A DNA stretch of 64,000 bases from IMG/VR virus record IMGVR_UViG_3300037963_003836. One strand, written 5' to 3'. The DNA comes from an uncultured virus (IMG/VR IMGVR_UViG_3300037963_003836). Taxonomy: Duplodnaviria > Heunggongvirae > Uroviricota > Caudoviricetes. This document shows, piece after piece, positions 19,973-30,103 of the stretch; within the stretch, counting starts at the first letter, position 1, and each line of letters starts with the position of its first letter. The translations under genes and the position numbers were made by a program. A model generated the notes under the pieces. It was not told the origin of the DNA. It worked only from the letters and a program-made list of their open reading frames with translations, and did not search any database.

Positions 19973-20237
19973 AATACGTTTCTAATTTTTCAATGACTTC
20001 GTATAATTGTTTAAATACTGTTCCTGTCTCATCGTCTGCTTCAAACGCACCTTTCGTATCTAACTCTTTCATTTTTTGCATAGAATCATCAATTCTACCT
20101 GCTATGTTTGCTATCATCTCTTCCTGTTCTTCAATCACATCCTCAGTCGCTTCATTCTTTCTAAGAAGGTTCCAAGTTGTAAATCCTAATACAACGGTTG
20201 ATAATGATAGTACACTGATTACTATTATTTCTGTCAT
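19944..20237 (-). CDS. Membrane-anchored hypothetical protein
   Basis: N-terminal hydrophobic helix followed by coiled coil. Confidence 0.6.
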   Translation of the reverse strand: MTEIIVISVLSLSTVVLGFTTWNLLRKNEATEDVIEEQEEMIANIAGRIDDSMQKMKELDTKGAFEADDETGTVFKQLYEVIEKLETYYAEETKEEE

Positions 20238-20245
20238 AATGTTTA

Positions 20246-21028
20246 TTAATCTTCTACTATATCTTTAAACGCGTCAAATACATTTACTTTATTTTCTGTA
20301 CTTGTGAATGCGTTACTTAACTTAGATTGGGTTGACGGTCTTCCATTTGGATTACGAGTTCCTTTTGATTTGTCAGAACTTTTTTTCCATCTTTGGAATT
20401 CAAACTTAGATGCCATCATATCTGCTTGATGTAAGATATGTGGTAACATTGTTTTCAAAACTTTGTCTTTATTAAACTGTCTCAAGTATTCTCTACTTGA
20501 TTCATCATAAACCCCATCTGTTAATCTAATACCTAAGAATTCCTCTTCAGTTAATTTAATTCCAAAGTGTATAAGGTGAAAGAAAGTTCTATCGTGTGTA
20601 TCCATATAATGGTTACTTGGATTTAACTTATACATTTTACCTTGATTCTTTCTATGCCATTCTGAATCATTTTTTAGATAGTGGTCTGCGTCAACAGAAC
20701 CCAACTTACCTAAGTCGTGATGTATAGCTGAAAAGATTACGGATTCTTTAGATATCTCACCTTCCTCTATCATACCTAATTCCAAATACATATCATATAA
20801 CTTAAGTGCGTTTCTTGTCACTCTAAGTACATGGTCGATGTATCCGCCAGGAAATGAATTGTGGAAGTGTTCAAATGATGACGCAGGTGTGTAGATAATT
20901 CTATCTTCAAAGTGGTCATACATTTTGTTTAGTTTTTCTAATCTCTCACCTGTAAAGGATTTGTTGATTAGTTTTCGGAACTTTTCATAATTACTTTTAA
21001 GTTCCTCTGCTGTAAAGAAATTTGTCAT
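20246..21028 (-). CDS. HD-domain phosphohydrolase
   Basis: H..FPGGYIDHVL, HHDLGK and HQADM. Confidence 0.85.
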   Translation of the reverse strand: MTNFFTAEELKSNYEKFRKLINKSFTGERLEKLNKMYDHFEDRIIYTPASSFEHFHNSFPGGYIDHVLRVTRNALKLYDMYLELGMIEEGEISKESVIFSAIHHDLGKLGSVDADHYLKNDSEWHRKNQGKMYKLNPSNHYMDTHDRTFFHLIHFGIKLTEEEFLGIRLTDGVYDESSREYLRQFNKDKVLKTMLPHILHQADMMASKFEFQRWKKSSDKSKGTRNPNGRPSTQSKLSNAFTSTENKVNVFDAFKDIVED

Positions 21029-21029
21029 T

Positions 21030-21686
21030 TTATATTATTTTATCTATTATTCCTAATTCAAGTGCTTTGTCAGAAGACATGAAGTAATCTGTTGAAGAAA
21101 TATTTTCCCAATACTCTTGGTCCTTCTTACTGTGTTCTGCCATCAACACGTTACACTCTTTTTCTAACTCCTCACTAAATTTAGCGTTAGATTTAACATC
21201 ACTCAATTTACCTACTACTATTGTAGACAATTGGTGTACCATAATCTTAGAGTGTTTAGAAACCATTCGGGTTCCTGTAGCACAAGTCAACAAGAGTGCT
21301 GCTGCTGACATTGCTCCACCTCTTACTATTACATTAAACTTGACACCATACTTTTCTTGAGATTTCATAAAATCGATTAACCCAAGTGTTTCTATAACAT
21401 CACCACCTGGCGAATTCAATAAGATATTAAATGTCTTAATGTCTTCTCCTGCTAAATTGTTTAGTAATCTCGTTTTAGCTATAATATCAAATGTAAGTCC
21501 TGATTGTATTTCACCTTCAATGATAATCACGTTATCTTTAGTGTCAATACCATAATCAAACTGTCTGAAGTATTTTCTATCCAAATCGTTCTCCGTTGAT
21601 TCTGACTTCTGTACTCTCTCTGCTTTGTCTAACTCGTTATCTAAGTTTTCTTCGTTAAACTCTTCGCCGTATAGTGTTTCACTCAT
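21030..21686 (-). CDS. clpP: ClpP-like serine protease subunit
   Basis: NSPGG, AMSAA (catalytic Ser), IMVHQ (His) and ALELGIID. Confidence 0.85.
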   Translation of the reverse strand: MSETLYGEEFNEENLDNELDKAERVQKSESTENDLDRKYFRQFDYGIDTKDNVIIIEGEIQSGLTFDIIAKTRLLNNLAGEDIKTFNILLNSPGGDVIETLGLIDFMKSQEKYGVKFNVIVRGGAMSAAALLLTCATGTRMVSKHSKIMVHQLSTIVVGKLSDVKSNAKFSEELEKECNVLMAEHSKKDQEYWENISSTDYFMSSDKALELGIIDKII

Positions 21687-21750
21687 AGTTTAATTTAATT
21701 TGTTACTAATATACAAATAATTTTTGTAATTACCAAATGTTTTGTTGAGT

Positions 21751-22908
21751 TTATATTTTTCTTCCGTAAACGTGTTTGGGTATTGGTTTAGGTTTAGGTT
21801 CTTTAGCTACCTGTTCTTCACCATAAAGAATTCTTTTATTTTCTTCAGGTGGTGTAAATCCTCTCGCCTCATCAGGTAATTTAAACCCTCTTACCCTGTC
21901 TTCTTCTTTGTCTTGTGGGACTTCCAAAACTTCTTCCACTTCTTTCTCTTGTTCTTCCTCTCCACTTGTTCCCAATGGTTCTTCGCGTTGAGATACCTCG
22001 TCCCCATCGTTCTCAGACAAAACAGGAGTGCTATTATTGATATCCCTATCATCGATGCTATCAGTATCGTTGCTATCAACATCATTATCTCCGTGGTTTC
22101 CATTCTTATTCCTTCCAATTAATTTATTTAATGCAATGACCATCGCAATTGCTAATGGGTCAAATACAAATACTATCAACAGTGTAAACCAATTTACAAT
22201 TATATTCATAGGTTTACCTGTTAGTTCTGCCATATATCTCAATGGTCCTATTTCTGCTGCAACTTCATTGTTAGATTCCAAGTCTAATACTTGTAAATCA
22301 AGTTTTGTTATTGAGTCTGTTAATTGTTCTATCTTGATGTTTATCTCTGACCTTGATTGAACGGCAGTCTCTAACTCTCTTGTTAATAATTTTCTTGTTG
22401 AGGATGATTGAGTTGTAATTATTCTACCTAAAGTATCTGTATACTGTATCTTGTTATTAGAGATACCATTTCTCAAATCAACAATAGATGCTGTTAGGTT
22501 ACTTTTTTCAGTATTGAAATAATCAAGTTGTTCTTGAAATCTATCTTTCTTCAACTCAATAACATTCACTTTCTTTTCCATAACTCCTAATTGGTCTGCA
22601 GTTGTTTGGTATGCTGATGTTAAGAATCCGTAGATACCTAATGATGTAATCACCATTAGTACAACAACAGCAAGTGATAGATACCATTTCATCCAACCTG
22701 CGTTTTTCCAATTGTTATGTAGGTATGAAGCAGTCACAAGTTTTGCGACTTCTAATGCTGCTGCCATAATGATGACTTCAAACTTTGCACCTGCGAATAA
22801 AGAACTTAATCCAAATACTGAATAATATGCTGCTGCACCTGCTACCGAGAAGGTACTTAAAATCATCAATAAGATAAAACCATTTGACCTGTTAAAAATA
22901 TTTTTCAT
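21751..22908 (-). CDS. Multi-pass membrane protein with coiled coil and acidic tail
   Basis: Three N-terminal hydrophobic helices, long coiled coil, VFDPLAI helix. Confidence 0.7.
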   Translation of the reverse strand: MKNIFNRSNGFILLMILSTFSVAGAAAYYSVFGLSSLFAGAKFEVIIMAAALEVAKLVTASYLHNNWKNAGWMKWYLSLAVVVLMVITSLGIYGFLTSAYQTTADQLGVMEKKVNVIELKKDRFQEQLDYFNTEKSNLTASIVDLRNGISNNKIQYTDTLGRIITTQSSSTRKLLTRELETAVQSRSEINIKIEQLTDSITKLDLQVLDLESNNEVAAEIGPLRYMAELTGKPMNIIVNWFTLLIVFVFDPLAIAMVIALNKLIGRNKNGNHGDNDVDSNDTDSIDDRDINNSTPVLSENDGDEVSQREEPLGTSGEEEQEKEVEEVLEVPQDKEEDRVRGFKLPDEARGFTPPEENKRILYGEEQVAKEPKPKPIPKHVYGRKI

Positions 22909-23059
22909 TTTTTTTCCTAAAAATTGGTTTTATTAACTTTTAAAATTGTACTTATACTAAAACACCAAGTGCTTAAGTATACTTAAAAGCTTAGTTAACT
23001 TAGTGTTATTCTGTAGTATAAATATCAATAAGAAAATTAATTAAATAAATAAAACCAAG

Positions 23060-23989
23060 CTATCCCCCAACTATGCCCTTTCCGTGTCTACCATAAATGG
23101 AAAGATATTTCTGAACAGTTAGTTCTTTTTTCTTAGCTTCAACAACAATATCAAGGTCGTGACCATATGTGTTGATTTCAGAATATATAAAATCAGAGTG
23201 AGCTTGTGGTTTTGCAGTCTCATCTTCAAGAGTTCTTGACTCAGAGTAATGTACAATAGGTTTGATATCACCCCAAGTAGACATAGCAAGTTCTAATGCT
23301 TCTTGTTCGGTCAGACCACCTGTATTGAATGTATGGTGATGATAATCGAACACAATAGGAATACCAATTCTTTCGTGTATATACATTAAGTCTTTTACTG
23401 AATACATACTTGCTTTGTCATCGTTTTCTACAGTCAATCGAGTTTGTACAGACTCGGGTAACTTCTCAAAGTTCTTACAGAATCTATCCATCGCAGATTG
23501 TTTGTCACCATAGACACCATTACAGTGAATATTGATTTTGTTGTAAGGAGTTCTACTAAGACCCATCAAGTCAAATATCTCACCGTGTATAGAAAGGTCC
23601 GTAATCGTGTTCTGAACGACTTTCTCGTTTGGTGATACAAGAACATTGAAAGGGCCAGGATGTGACGTTATACGTTGTCCATACTTATCAGCAAGATTAC
23701 CTGCACCATTCAGTAGAATAGAAATTTTACGATAGTCAGGCATTGAACTGAGTGGGAACTCCGATGACCAAGGGATGAGGTTGGAAGTCATACGAAACAA
23801 TTTGAATCCGTTTTTGTGATTCCACTTGATAACCTCAATCAAGTCTCGTGTATTCTGTAGAGCAAGTTCTGAAGAATACTTTACACCTTCACTAAGGAAG
23901 GTTCGTTTAATCATACCACGGTTTGTGGTAACCTTGGGTTTCTGAGAACCCAATGTCATGTTAATACATGCGTAACCTAAGTTTGTCAT
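23060..23989 (-). CDS. uvsE: UV damage endonuclease
   Basis: LGYACIN, LFRMTS, SHPGPF, INIH, VENDD, VFDYHHH, HYSES and AHSD. Confidence 0.93.
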   Translation of the reverse strand: MTNLGYACINMTLGSQKPKVTTNRGMIKRTFLSEGVKYSSELALQNTRDLIEVIKWNHKNGFKLFRMTSNLIPWSSEFPLSSMPDYRKISILLNGAGNLADKYGQRITSHPGPFNVLVSPNEKVVQNTITDLSIHGEIFDLMGLSRTPYNKINIHCNGVYGDKQSAMDRFCKNFEKLPESVQTRLTVENDDKASMYSVKDLMYIHERIGIPIVFDYHHHTFNTGGLTEQEALELAMSTWGDIKPIVHYSESRTLEDETAKPQAHSDFIYSEINTYGHDLDIVVEAKKKELTVQKYLSIYGRHGKGIVGG

Positions 23990-24284
23990 TTTTTACTATT
24001 TAATCTATTACTAATATACAAAATATTTTTCTAAAATCCAAACGATAATTGTTTTTTATTATCGTACTTCCATCCTAAGTTATATAGAACTATCATTCTT
24101 AACTTATCATAGAGGTCTGAATTTTTATCTAACCATGTAAGACCTTTTCTAATACTAACTTGAGGGTTTGATTTATTAAATGCATTGAACTGATGATATC
24201 CATCTGCCCAACCATGTATCAAACCATTTTTGTTATCAGTTATATAGAAACAATCTAAAGGGTGTTTAATCTGATTCATATTAT

Positions 24285-24743
24285 TTAAAAATTACCAGGC
24301 GCAACCTGAAAACAAGAGATACCATTAGCTCTCCACATATCTACTACCTTTTGTCTATCGTCAAATACACAAAGGATATCTTTCTTATCTAAATCATTTA
24401 ACCAATTTTGTTTTAGAACATCATCGGGTGTGAATTTATCTTTTTTATTATTAGGTCTCATTTGAAGTTTATCAAATGGTACTTTCCAATATTTTAACCA
24501 ATTAATAGTAACATCTTTACTATTGTCTAATCTACCACTAAATATAAAGATTTTGAAACCTTGTTTTTTGAATGTTTGTGCCGTAGTGATTACAGACATA
24601 TTCGGAGCATCCATTGCTACATTCTTTGGGTCGAAAAAGAAATCCCAATCCATCTTACCACCACCCATGTTGATAGCGGCTGCTCTTCTTTGGTCTATAT
24701 CAGCCAAAGTTCCATCTAAATCAAAAATTACTATTTTACTCAT
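24285..24743 (-). CDS. HAD-family phosphatase (PNKP 3'-phosphatase-like)
   Basis: DLDGT, FSGR, LQMRP, DDVLK and FDDR. Confidence 0.85.
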   Translation of the reverse strand: MSKIVIFDLDGTLADIDQRRAAAINMGGGKMDWDFFFDPKNVAMDAPNMSVITTAQTFKKQGFKIFIFSGRLDNSKDVTINWLKYWKVPFDKLQMRPNNKKDKFTPDDVLKQNWLNDLDKKDILCVFDDRQKVVDMWRANGISCFQVAPGNF

Positions 24744-24896
24744 TACTTTGTTTTTAAGTCGTCTATTTGTTTTTGTAGTGATTTAATTTTTCTATCTCTA
24801 CTCATTAGATACTTCACTAAGGTATCTTTGTGAATTGCTTGGTAGAGTGATTTTGAATATCCCATATCTTAATTATTATTACATAATAAAGATAAT

Positions 24897-24923
24897 AAAA
24901 AAAGGGGACTTTTCCAAGTCCCC
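24897..24923 (-). terminator. Intrinsic terminator overlapping a promoter -33 element
   Basis: Minus strand GGGGACTT-GGAA-AAGTCCCC followed by T7. Confidence 0.7.
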
Positions 24924-25158
24924 AATGTTAAATTTATGTTAAATTTTCCTATACCTCTTTCCACTCTACATCCGAAACTTCTTGGAGAAAATAGAAAAAA
25001 CCGTCATTTCCCTTCAGTACAGTGTCACAGTTTAAGTGTTCTTTCCAAACGTTAACTATTGGTCTTCGGTCAATCGCAATCTTCCGTATGATTAAATATA
25101 ACTTGTTGTTGTAATTAAGTTTTTCGTACCTAAACCACGAGTTAGAAAACATTTAACT

Positions 25159-25497
25159 TTATTTAACTTTTACTGTAATACTTTTAGCCTTTCTATCCTC
25201 GTACTTAGGAATAGAGATTGTTAAGATACCATCTTTACAAACAGCAGAAGTTTGATTCAAATCATAAGAATCATGAACCCTGTACTTTCTTTCGAACTTA
25301 CGATGGTCTTTTTCTGCTTTAATGTGTAGATTTCTATCTTCTACATTTACCTGAACGTCTTTGTTACCCAATCCAGGCACTTCGAAGTCCATTAACAACA
25401 CATCGTCTTCAACTCGTGCTGTAGTATCTGAACCATAACCACTCATATCCCAATCTAAGTATGAGTCGAAAATCTTATCAAAATTTCTTAATGTCAT
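25159..25497 (-). CDS. Small heat-shock protein Hsp20 (start at 25497 preferred over 25524)
   Basis: EVPGL..V.V, FERKY and A..KDGILTISIPK alpha-crystallin motifs; AAGGA upstream of ATG at 25497. Confidence 0.88.
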   Translation of the reverse strand: MTLRNFDKIFDSYLDWDMSGYGSDTTARVEDDVLLMDFEVPGLGNKDVQVNVEDRNLHIKAEKDHRKFERKYRVHDSYDLNQTSAVCKDGILTISIPKYEDRKAKSITVKVK

Positions 25498-25538
25498 TTT
25501 TTTCCTTTTTAAATTATTAAACATATACTACTATTAGT

Positions 25539-25610
25539 ACCAAATCTGTACCAATTGGAAATGTATGACATTTTGTTAGTTTTAAATTAATTTGATGTGA
25601 CAATGTGTCA
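25539..25610 (-). promoter_or_regulatory. Sigma54-like -24/-12 element plus TGACA-N3-TGTYA palindromes upstream of hsp20
   Basis: Minus strand TTGGTACAGATTTGGT (25539-25554); palindromes at 25566-25578 and 25598-25610. Confidence 0.5.
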
Positions 25611-28600
25611 GTTTACTGACATTGGGTCCCCAACTGCTATTATCTTGTAAATTACTGCGTCTGCTCTTTCAACCTGTTTCTCTAAAAGAAATCCATCCAT
25701 TACAAATAATGCGACTGTCTTCTTGAGTAGTGTTGGGTTATCACAAATAACGGTAAGATTCTCTGAGTCTATTAAAACCTGTATCGGTCTGTGTTCAGGA
25801 GTTTGTTCAGGAATGTCAACATCTTCAAAGACATCCTCTTCAAACTCACCATAGAGATAGTCATGTAGATAATATACTTTAGTCATATCATCTAAACTCA
25901 TGAAGTAATTATATTCCGCTTCATCCCAATGTTCCATGATATCTCCTTTACTATACATATCTTAAATCTTATCTTTCCAAACCTTGTTCAAGAATAATAA
26001 ACCTTGTTTAGATATAAATCGTTTATCGTGAAGAACAACCTCTGAGAATATCTCAATCAATGTTTTTAAATACTCAGAACCAAAATTATCCTTGACCATT
26101 GTTAGTCTTGGAATCATTTTTTCTTTGTATTCTTTTGTAACCATTTTATCGGGTTCTGAAATCAACTCTTTGATTTTACTTTTACACAAAGTATAATACG
26201 GGTCTTTTTTTTCCACAAGAATATCACGGACACTCTTTAGATACAATTCTAAGTCCGTATTATTTTCTAATGCGTCTTCATCAAATATGTTGAAAATTCC
26301 CTTGGGTGGCACAAATTACATATTAAGTTTGTACTTCTTTTTTGCTAAATCAATCGCCTCTACCAACGTATGTGCTATCCTGTTACATTCTGCCATTGTT
26401 AGTTCGATGTCATGATTACCAACTTGTAAGTATCCTATTTTAGATGGACCTGTTGGATACTCAGTTTGTTTTTGTTCGTGCATTTGAAAGTCGATAGAAG
26501 ACCAATAGTTACCCATCCTCTTATCATTCTTTTTCGCTACGTCTTTTGGAATTCCGAAAGATTGGTTAACGTAACCACCTCTTTGCTTTTTGTTATATTT
26601 TTTCATAAACTGATTTATATAGTTTTGGTTATATTACATAAATAGTTTTTTGAAATTAATAAAACTACTTTTTCTTCCTATTTCTTCGAGAAACTCTATC
26701 GAATCTTTTCTCATCAACAGCCATATCGTGTTTCATTGGATGTGTTCTGTTAAAGTTTTGTTCTATTTGACAAGACCTACTTGCCCAATACCATGCGTCA
26801 TACACCTTAGTTTGTGGTGGAATGAATAACTCCTCACCTACTACTGTACCGATTCCACTTGATATATAAAATAACCCATCTGTGTTTCTTTGAATCTTTG
26901 CTTTAGGATATCTCTTCCTAACTTTTCTTTGGAATGTTTTAAACTTCCTTTTCTGTTTCTCGTCCATCTTTTTTATTTAGTGATTTTGTCAATCCTCTGT
27001 GGATGTGACAACTCGTCAATTCTTTATTTACAGAACATTCGTCAACTGTATTACCGTTCTCAAGTCTTACCTTATATACAAGACCTCTTTTTAATCTTGT
27101 TCGGTGTAAAACGGAACCTACTCTGTAAGTCCCGTTTAACTTTACAATTACATTGTCCCCTTTTTGAAAAATCATTATTTAATTACCTTTATGATTTTGG
27201 TCTCTATTACTGACCCTACTTCAAATTCAATTCCTGAATTCTCAAAGTCTTTTACAACTTTTGTTTCAGCGTCAGTTACAGACACTGCGTTAACCACATA
27301 TTGTTCAGTTAACTTTTTTACTCTGCCCTTGTCATCCGTGTGATGTACTTTTACTTTTGCAATGTAATACTTCATAATTTATTTATTTTGATTTTTATTT
27401 TTGTCCCTTTCTTCATTAATAAGGGTGGACAATTTAACCCCTTTTTCTGTTGGACCATATGCAAGTTTTCCGTTCTCGTCAACATACATACGAATCAATC
27501 CTTTGTCAGATAAGTTCATAAGAGCCATATCTGTTTCAAATTTTGTGTAATCTCTGAAGGTTTCCACAACCACTTCTGATAACATATCAAACTCACCTGA
27601 TTTTTTAAGTTTGTATCTTAAGATGTCACCGAATGTATCCCAATCTTCAACACCCGAAAATCCAACTCCCTTTAATTCAGAGATTATGTCTATCACTAAG
27701 CCGTTTAAATCTTCTCGATTCCAATTCATTTTATTTTTCTTTAGTTTCTACCAAACTATCTAAGTAGTCCATTGCGTCTACGTCCCCAATTAGGACATCA
27801 ACCTTTGGACCGTTGTATCGATTTAATACTGCACTAACTCCCCATTCTTTAACCATCGATTTAAGGTCTTCTATATTCGGTAAATGTGTTTTGTTAAATC
27901 CCATAATTAATCAAACCATTGTGACCTATGAGTCTTATGATTATCAACCATAATGTCAGGTTCTTCTAAACCTTTCTCATTCATCTTGTCTATAATATTT
28001 TGTTGAACAATGTCGTCACCAACCTGTCCCATCTTTTCTGCGTCTTTAATTAGTTTAGTAGTAATTTCTTTACCACTCATTTTAGCGTCTAACGCTGCGA
28101 ACCTCTTACAATGATACTTACCCAATGGTCTACTAAACTGTTTTAGGTATTCTGTTTTTGAATCTAAGTATTCTAAAAACAAGTCAAAGTCGTATGCTGC
28201 TATTTCGTCAAGTTGTTTATCCGTTAATGGATTCTCGGGGTCGTACTTTAGGTTCATATCTTTAAATATACAAAATTTTTACTTAACATCCAAACCGTTT
28301 CTAAACATCTTCTCAATACAGTAGTATTCGTAGACATCTTCGGTACTCATAGGTTTCTCATCCATGAGTTTATCCCATAGACAAAAACCAAAATGTTTTT
28401 CTAATTCTTTTTTAAAATTGTTTAATATCTTAATATCGTCTCTGTGTCCTTCTTCTGCTAACTTGTTTGCTCTAACATTCTTTAGGTAGGTCTTTTGTCT
28501 TGCTTCATATTCATATCCCCAATAATCACCACCATCGGGACACTTACTCATTATCTCACTGTAGAGGTCAGAAGACTGCTTTCTTGCAGCCTTCTCCTCT

Positions 28601-28716
28601 GTGTAATAATGAGATAATTCAAAGTCACCATTCTGTATCCTATCCCAAAGATGAGATTTTACAGAAAGAGTTTTTCTTTTACCGTTTGTCCACCATCTAT
28701 ACTTGTTGTATGCCAT
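25608..28716 (-). other. Run of about ten small hypothetical ORFs
   Basis: Tightly packed minus-strand ORFs in the track, plus an unlisted ~58 aa ORF near 27730-27905; no family recognised except DUF4494. Confidence 0.6.
27175..27375 (-). CDS. DUF4494-like protein
   Basis: KVK....KG..KKLTEQYVV.AVSVTDAE pattern recalled from the Bacteroidota DUF4494 family. Confidence 0.65.
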   Translation of the reverse strand: MKYYIAKVKVHHTDDKGRVKKLTEQYVVNAVSVTDAETKVVKDFENSGIEFEVGSVIETKIIKVIK

Positions 28717-28743
28717 AGTATTAATATTAGAGGTTAGTAACCC

Positions 28744-30006
28744 TTAGAAAGGATTACTAACGTCTTCTGATTCTACATTAAACAAGTCTTCGTCTTGTGG
28801 AGTCTCACCTAAGAACTTCTGAATGTATTGTTTCATGAACACTCTCTCAGATTGAGCACCACCACTTTGGTCGAACAGTGGATAGATTGTAATCTCAGCT
28901 GCTTCACCTAATTCAAAACCATCATAAAGTAGAGAACCAATCTCAACTGCGGTTCTTGTTGACAATGAGTTAGTCAACTTAGGAGTCTCTGACATTACGT
29001 CATTTCTTGTCATCGAAGTAATTTCAGCGACAGAAGAAATAACATCCTTATCAACTGAAGGATACATCATCTGAAGTAACTCAGACTCTTCGTCCTTAGT
29101 CAAGGTGTCCATTTCAATGACAGTAAATCTGTCAAGAATAGCTCTATCGAGTGCTCTCGTCGCAGTATATTCATTACCGATGTTTGCTGATGCGATGAAG
29201 GATACTCCATCTGCAACTTTGATAACAGGAGCGTCAGCGGCTTCATCCAATCTCAAGTATCTTTGACCTTGGTCAAGAACTGTCATTAGGATGTTGTGAG
29301 CTTCAGGGTGTGCTCTCGTCAACTCATCAAGGACCACCACCGTGTTTGGAGTTTGGATTGCTTTCACAAATGGTGAAGAGTTGAACACTGTTCCCTTCTT
29401 AGTATCGAACTGAGTATTTCCGATAAGGGTTGTTCTCGGGTCTTGAGTTGCACCCAAGTTAATAATGAAGGTGTTGTAACCTTCAAGGGAATTAGCCGCT
29501 GCTTTCGCTGCCATAGTTTTACCACAACCAGCAGGACCTGTCATCATAATATTTTTACCTCTAAGGATGTTTCTGATTAGATACTTCCACTTTAGAGATT
29601 TCATGAACAACATCTTTGGTTTCAAACCATCGACTTCGTTATGAATAAAGTTAAGGACATCTGAAGTCATTTCTTTAGAAGCGACACCCTTTGGTGTTGG
29701 TTCCCATAACATAGACATCAGACCACCGTTAGGTTTGTTGAAGTTACCAACAGGTTCGGGTTTCTGTTCAACGGTTGAAGCAGGAACTCTGTTGTAAACA
29801 ATCTCACCATCAGAAAGTCTACCTCTGACTCTGATTTTGAAACCCCACTTCGCAGGATTATTACACGCTGACTTTACCCTTTTATAGAGGTTGGTACCCT
29901 CTTCATTGAACTCGGGGATGTTGAACTTAACACCTGCCGAATCTTCGAACAAATAGAGGTCATCTATCTGAACTACTTTTCCAAAAACTGATTTTTGTGC
30001 TTTCAT
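28744..30006 (-). CDS. MoxR/CobS-like AAA+ ATPase
   Basis: Walker A GPAGCGKT, Walker B VVLDELTR, ASAN sensor 1, LDRAILDRF and STR sensor 2. Confidence 0.88.
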   Translation of the reverse strand: MKAQKSVFGKVVQIDDLYLFEDSAGVKFNIPEFNEEGTNLYKRVKSACNNPAKWGFKIRVRGRLSDGEIVYNRVPASTVEQKPEPVGNFNKPNGGLMSMLWEPTPKGVASKEMTSDVLNFIHNEVDGLKPKMLFMKSLKWKYLIRNILRGKNIMMTGPAGCGKTMAAKAAANSLEGYNTFIINLGATQDPRTTLIGNTQFDTKKGTVFNSSPFVKAIQTPNTVVVLDELTRAHPEAHNILMTVLDQGQRYLRLDEAADAPVIKVADGVSFIASANIGNEYTATRALDRAILDRFTVIEMDTLTKDEESELLQMMYPSVDKDVISSVAEITSMTRNDVMSETPKLTNSLSTRTAVEIGSLLYDGFELGEAAEITIYPLFDQSGGAQSERVFMKQYIQKFLGETPQDEDLFNVESEDVSNPF

Positions 30007-30103
30007 AGACTTTGTTTTAAATTATTATTTCTCATTATTAATATTACTCTCTAAAGATAGTGAATTAGGTTCACAATTCCAAATTTCTAATGTTAAATTA
30101 TTG

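Noticed and set aside
22969..23003. CTTA/TAAG-rich short palindromes in the gap upstream of 22908
   Set aside because: Too short and AT-rich to distinguish from background without homologs.
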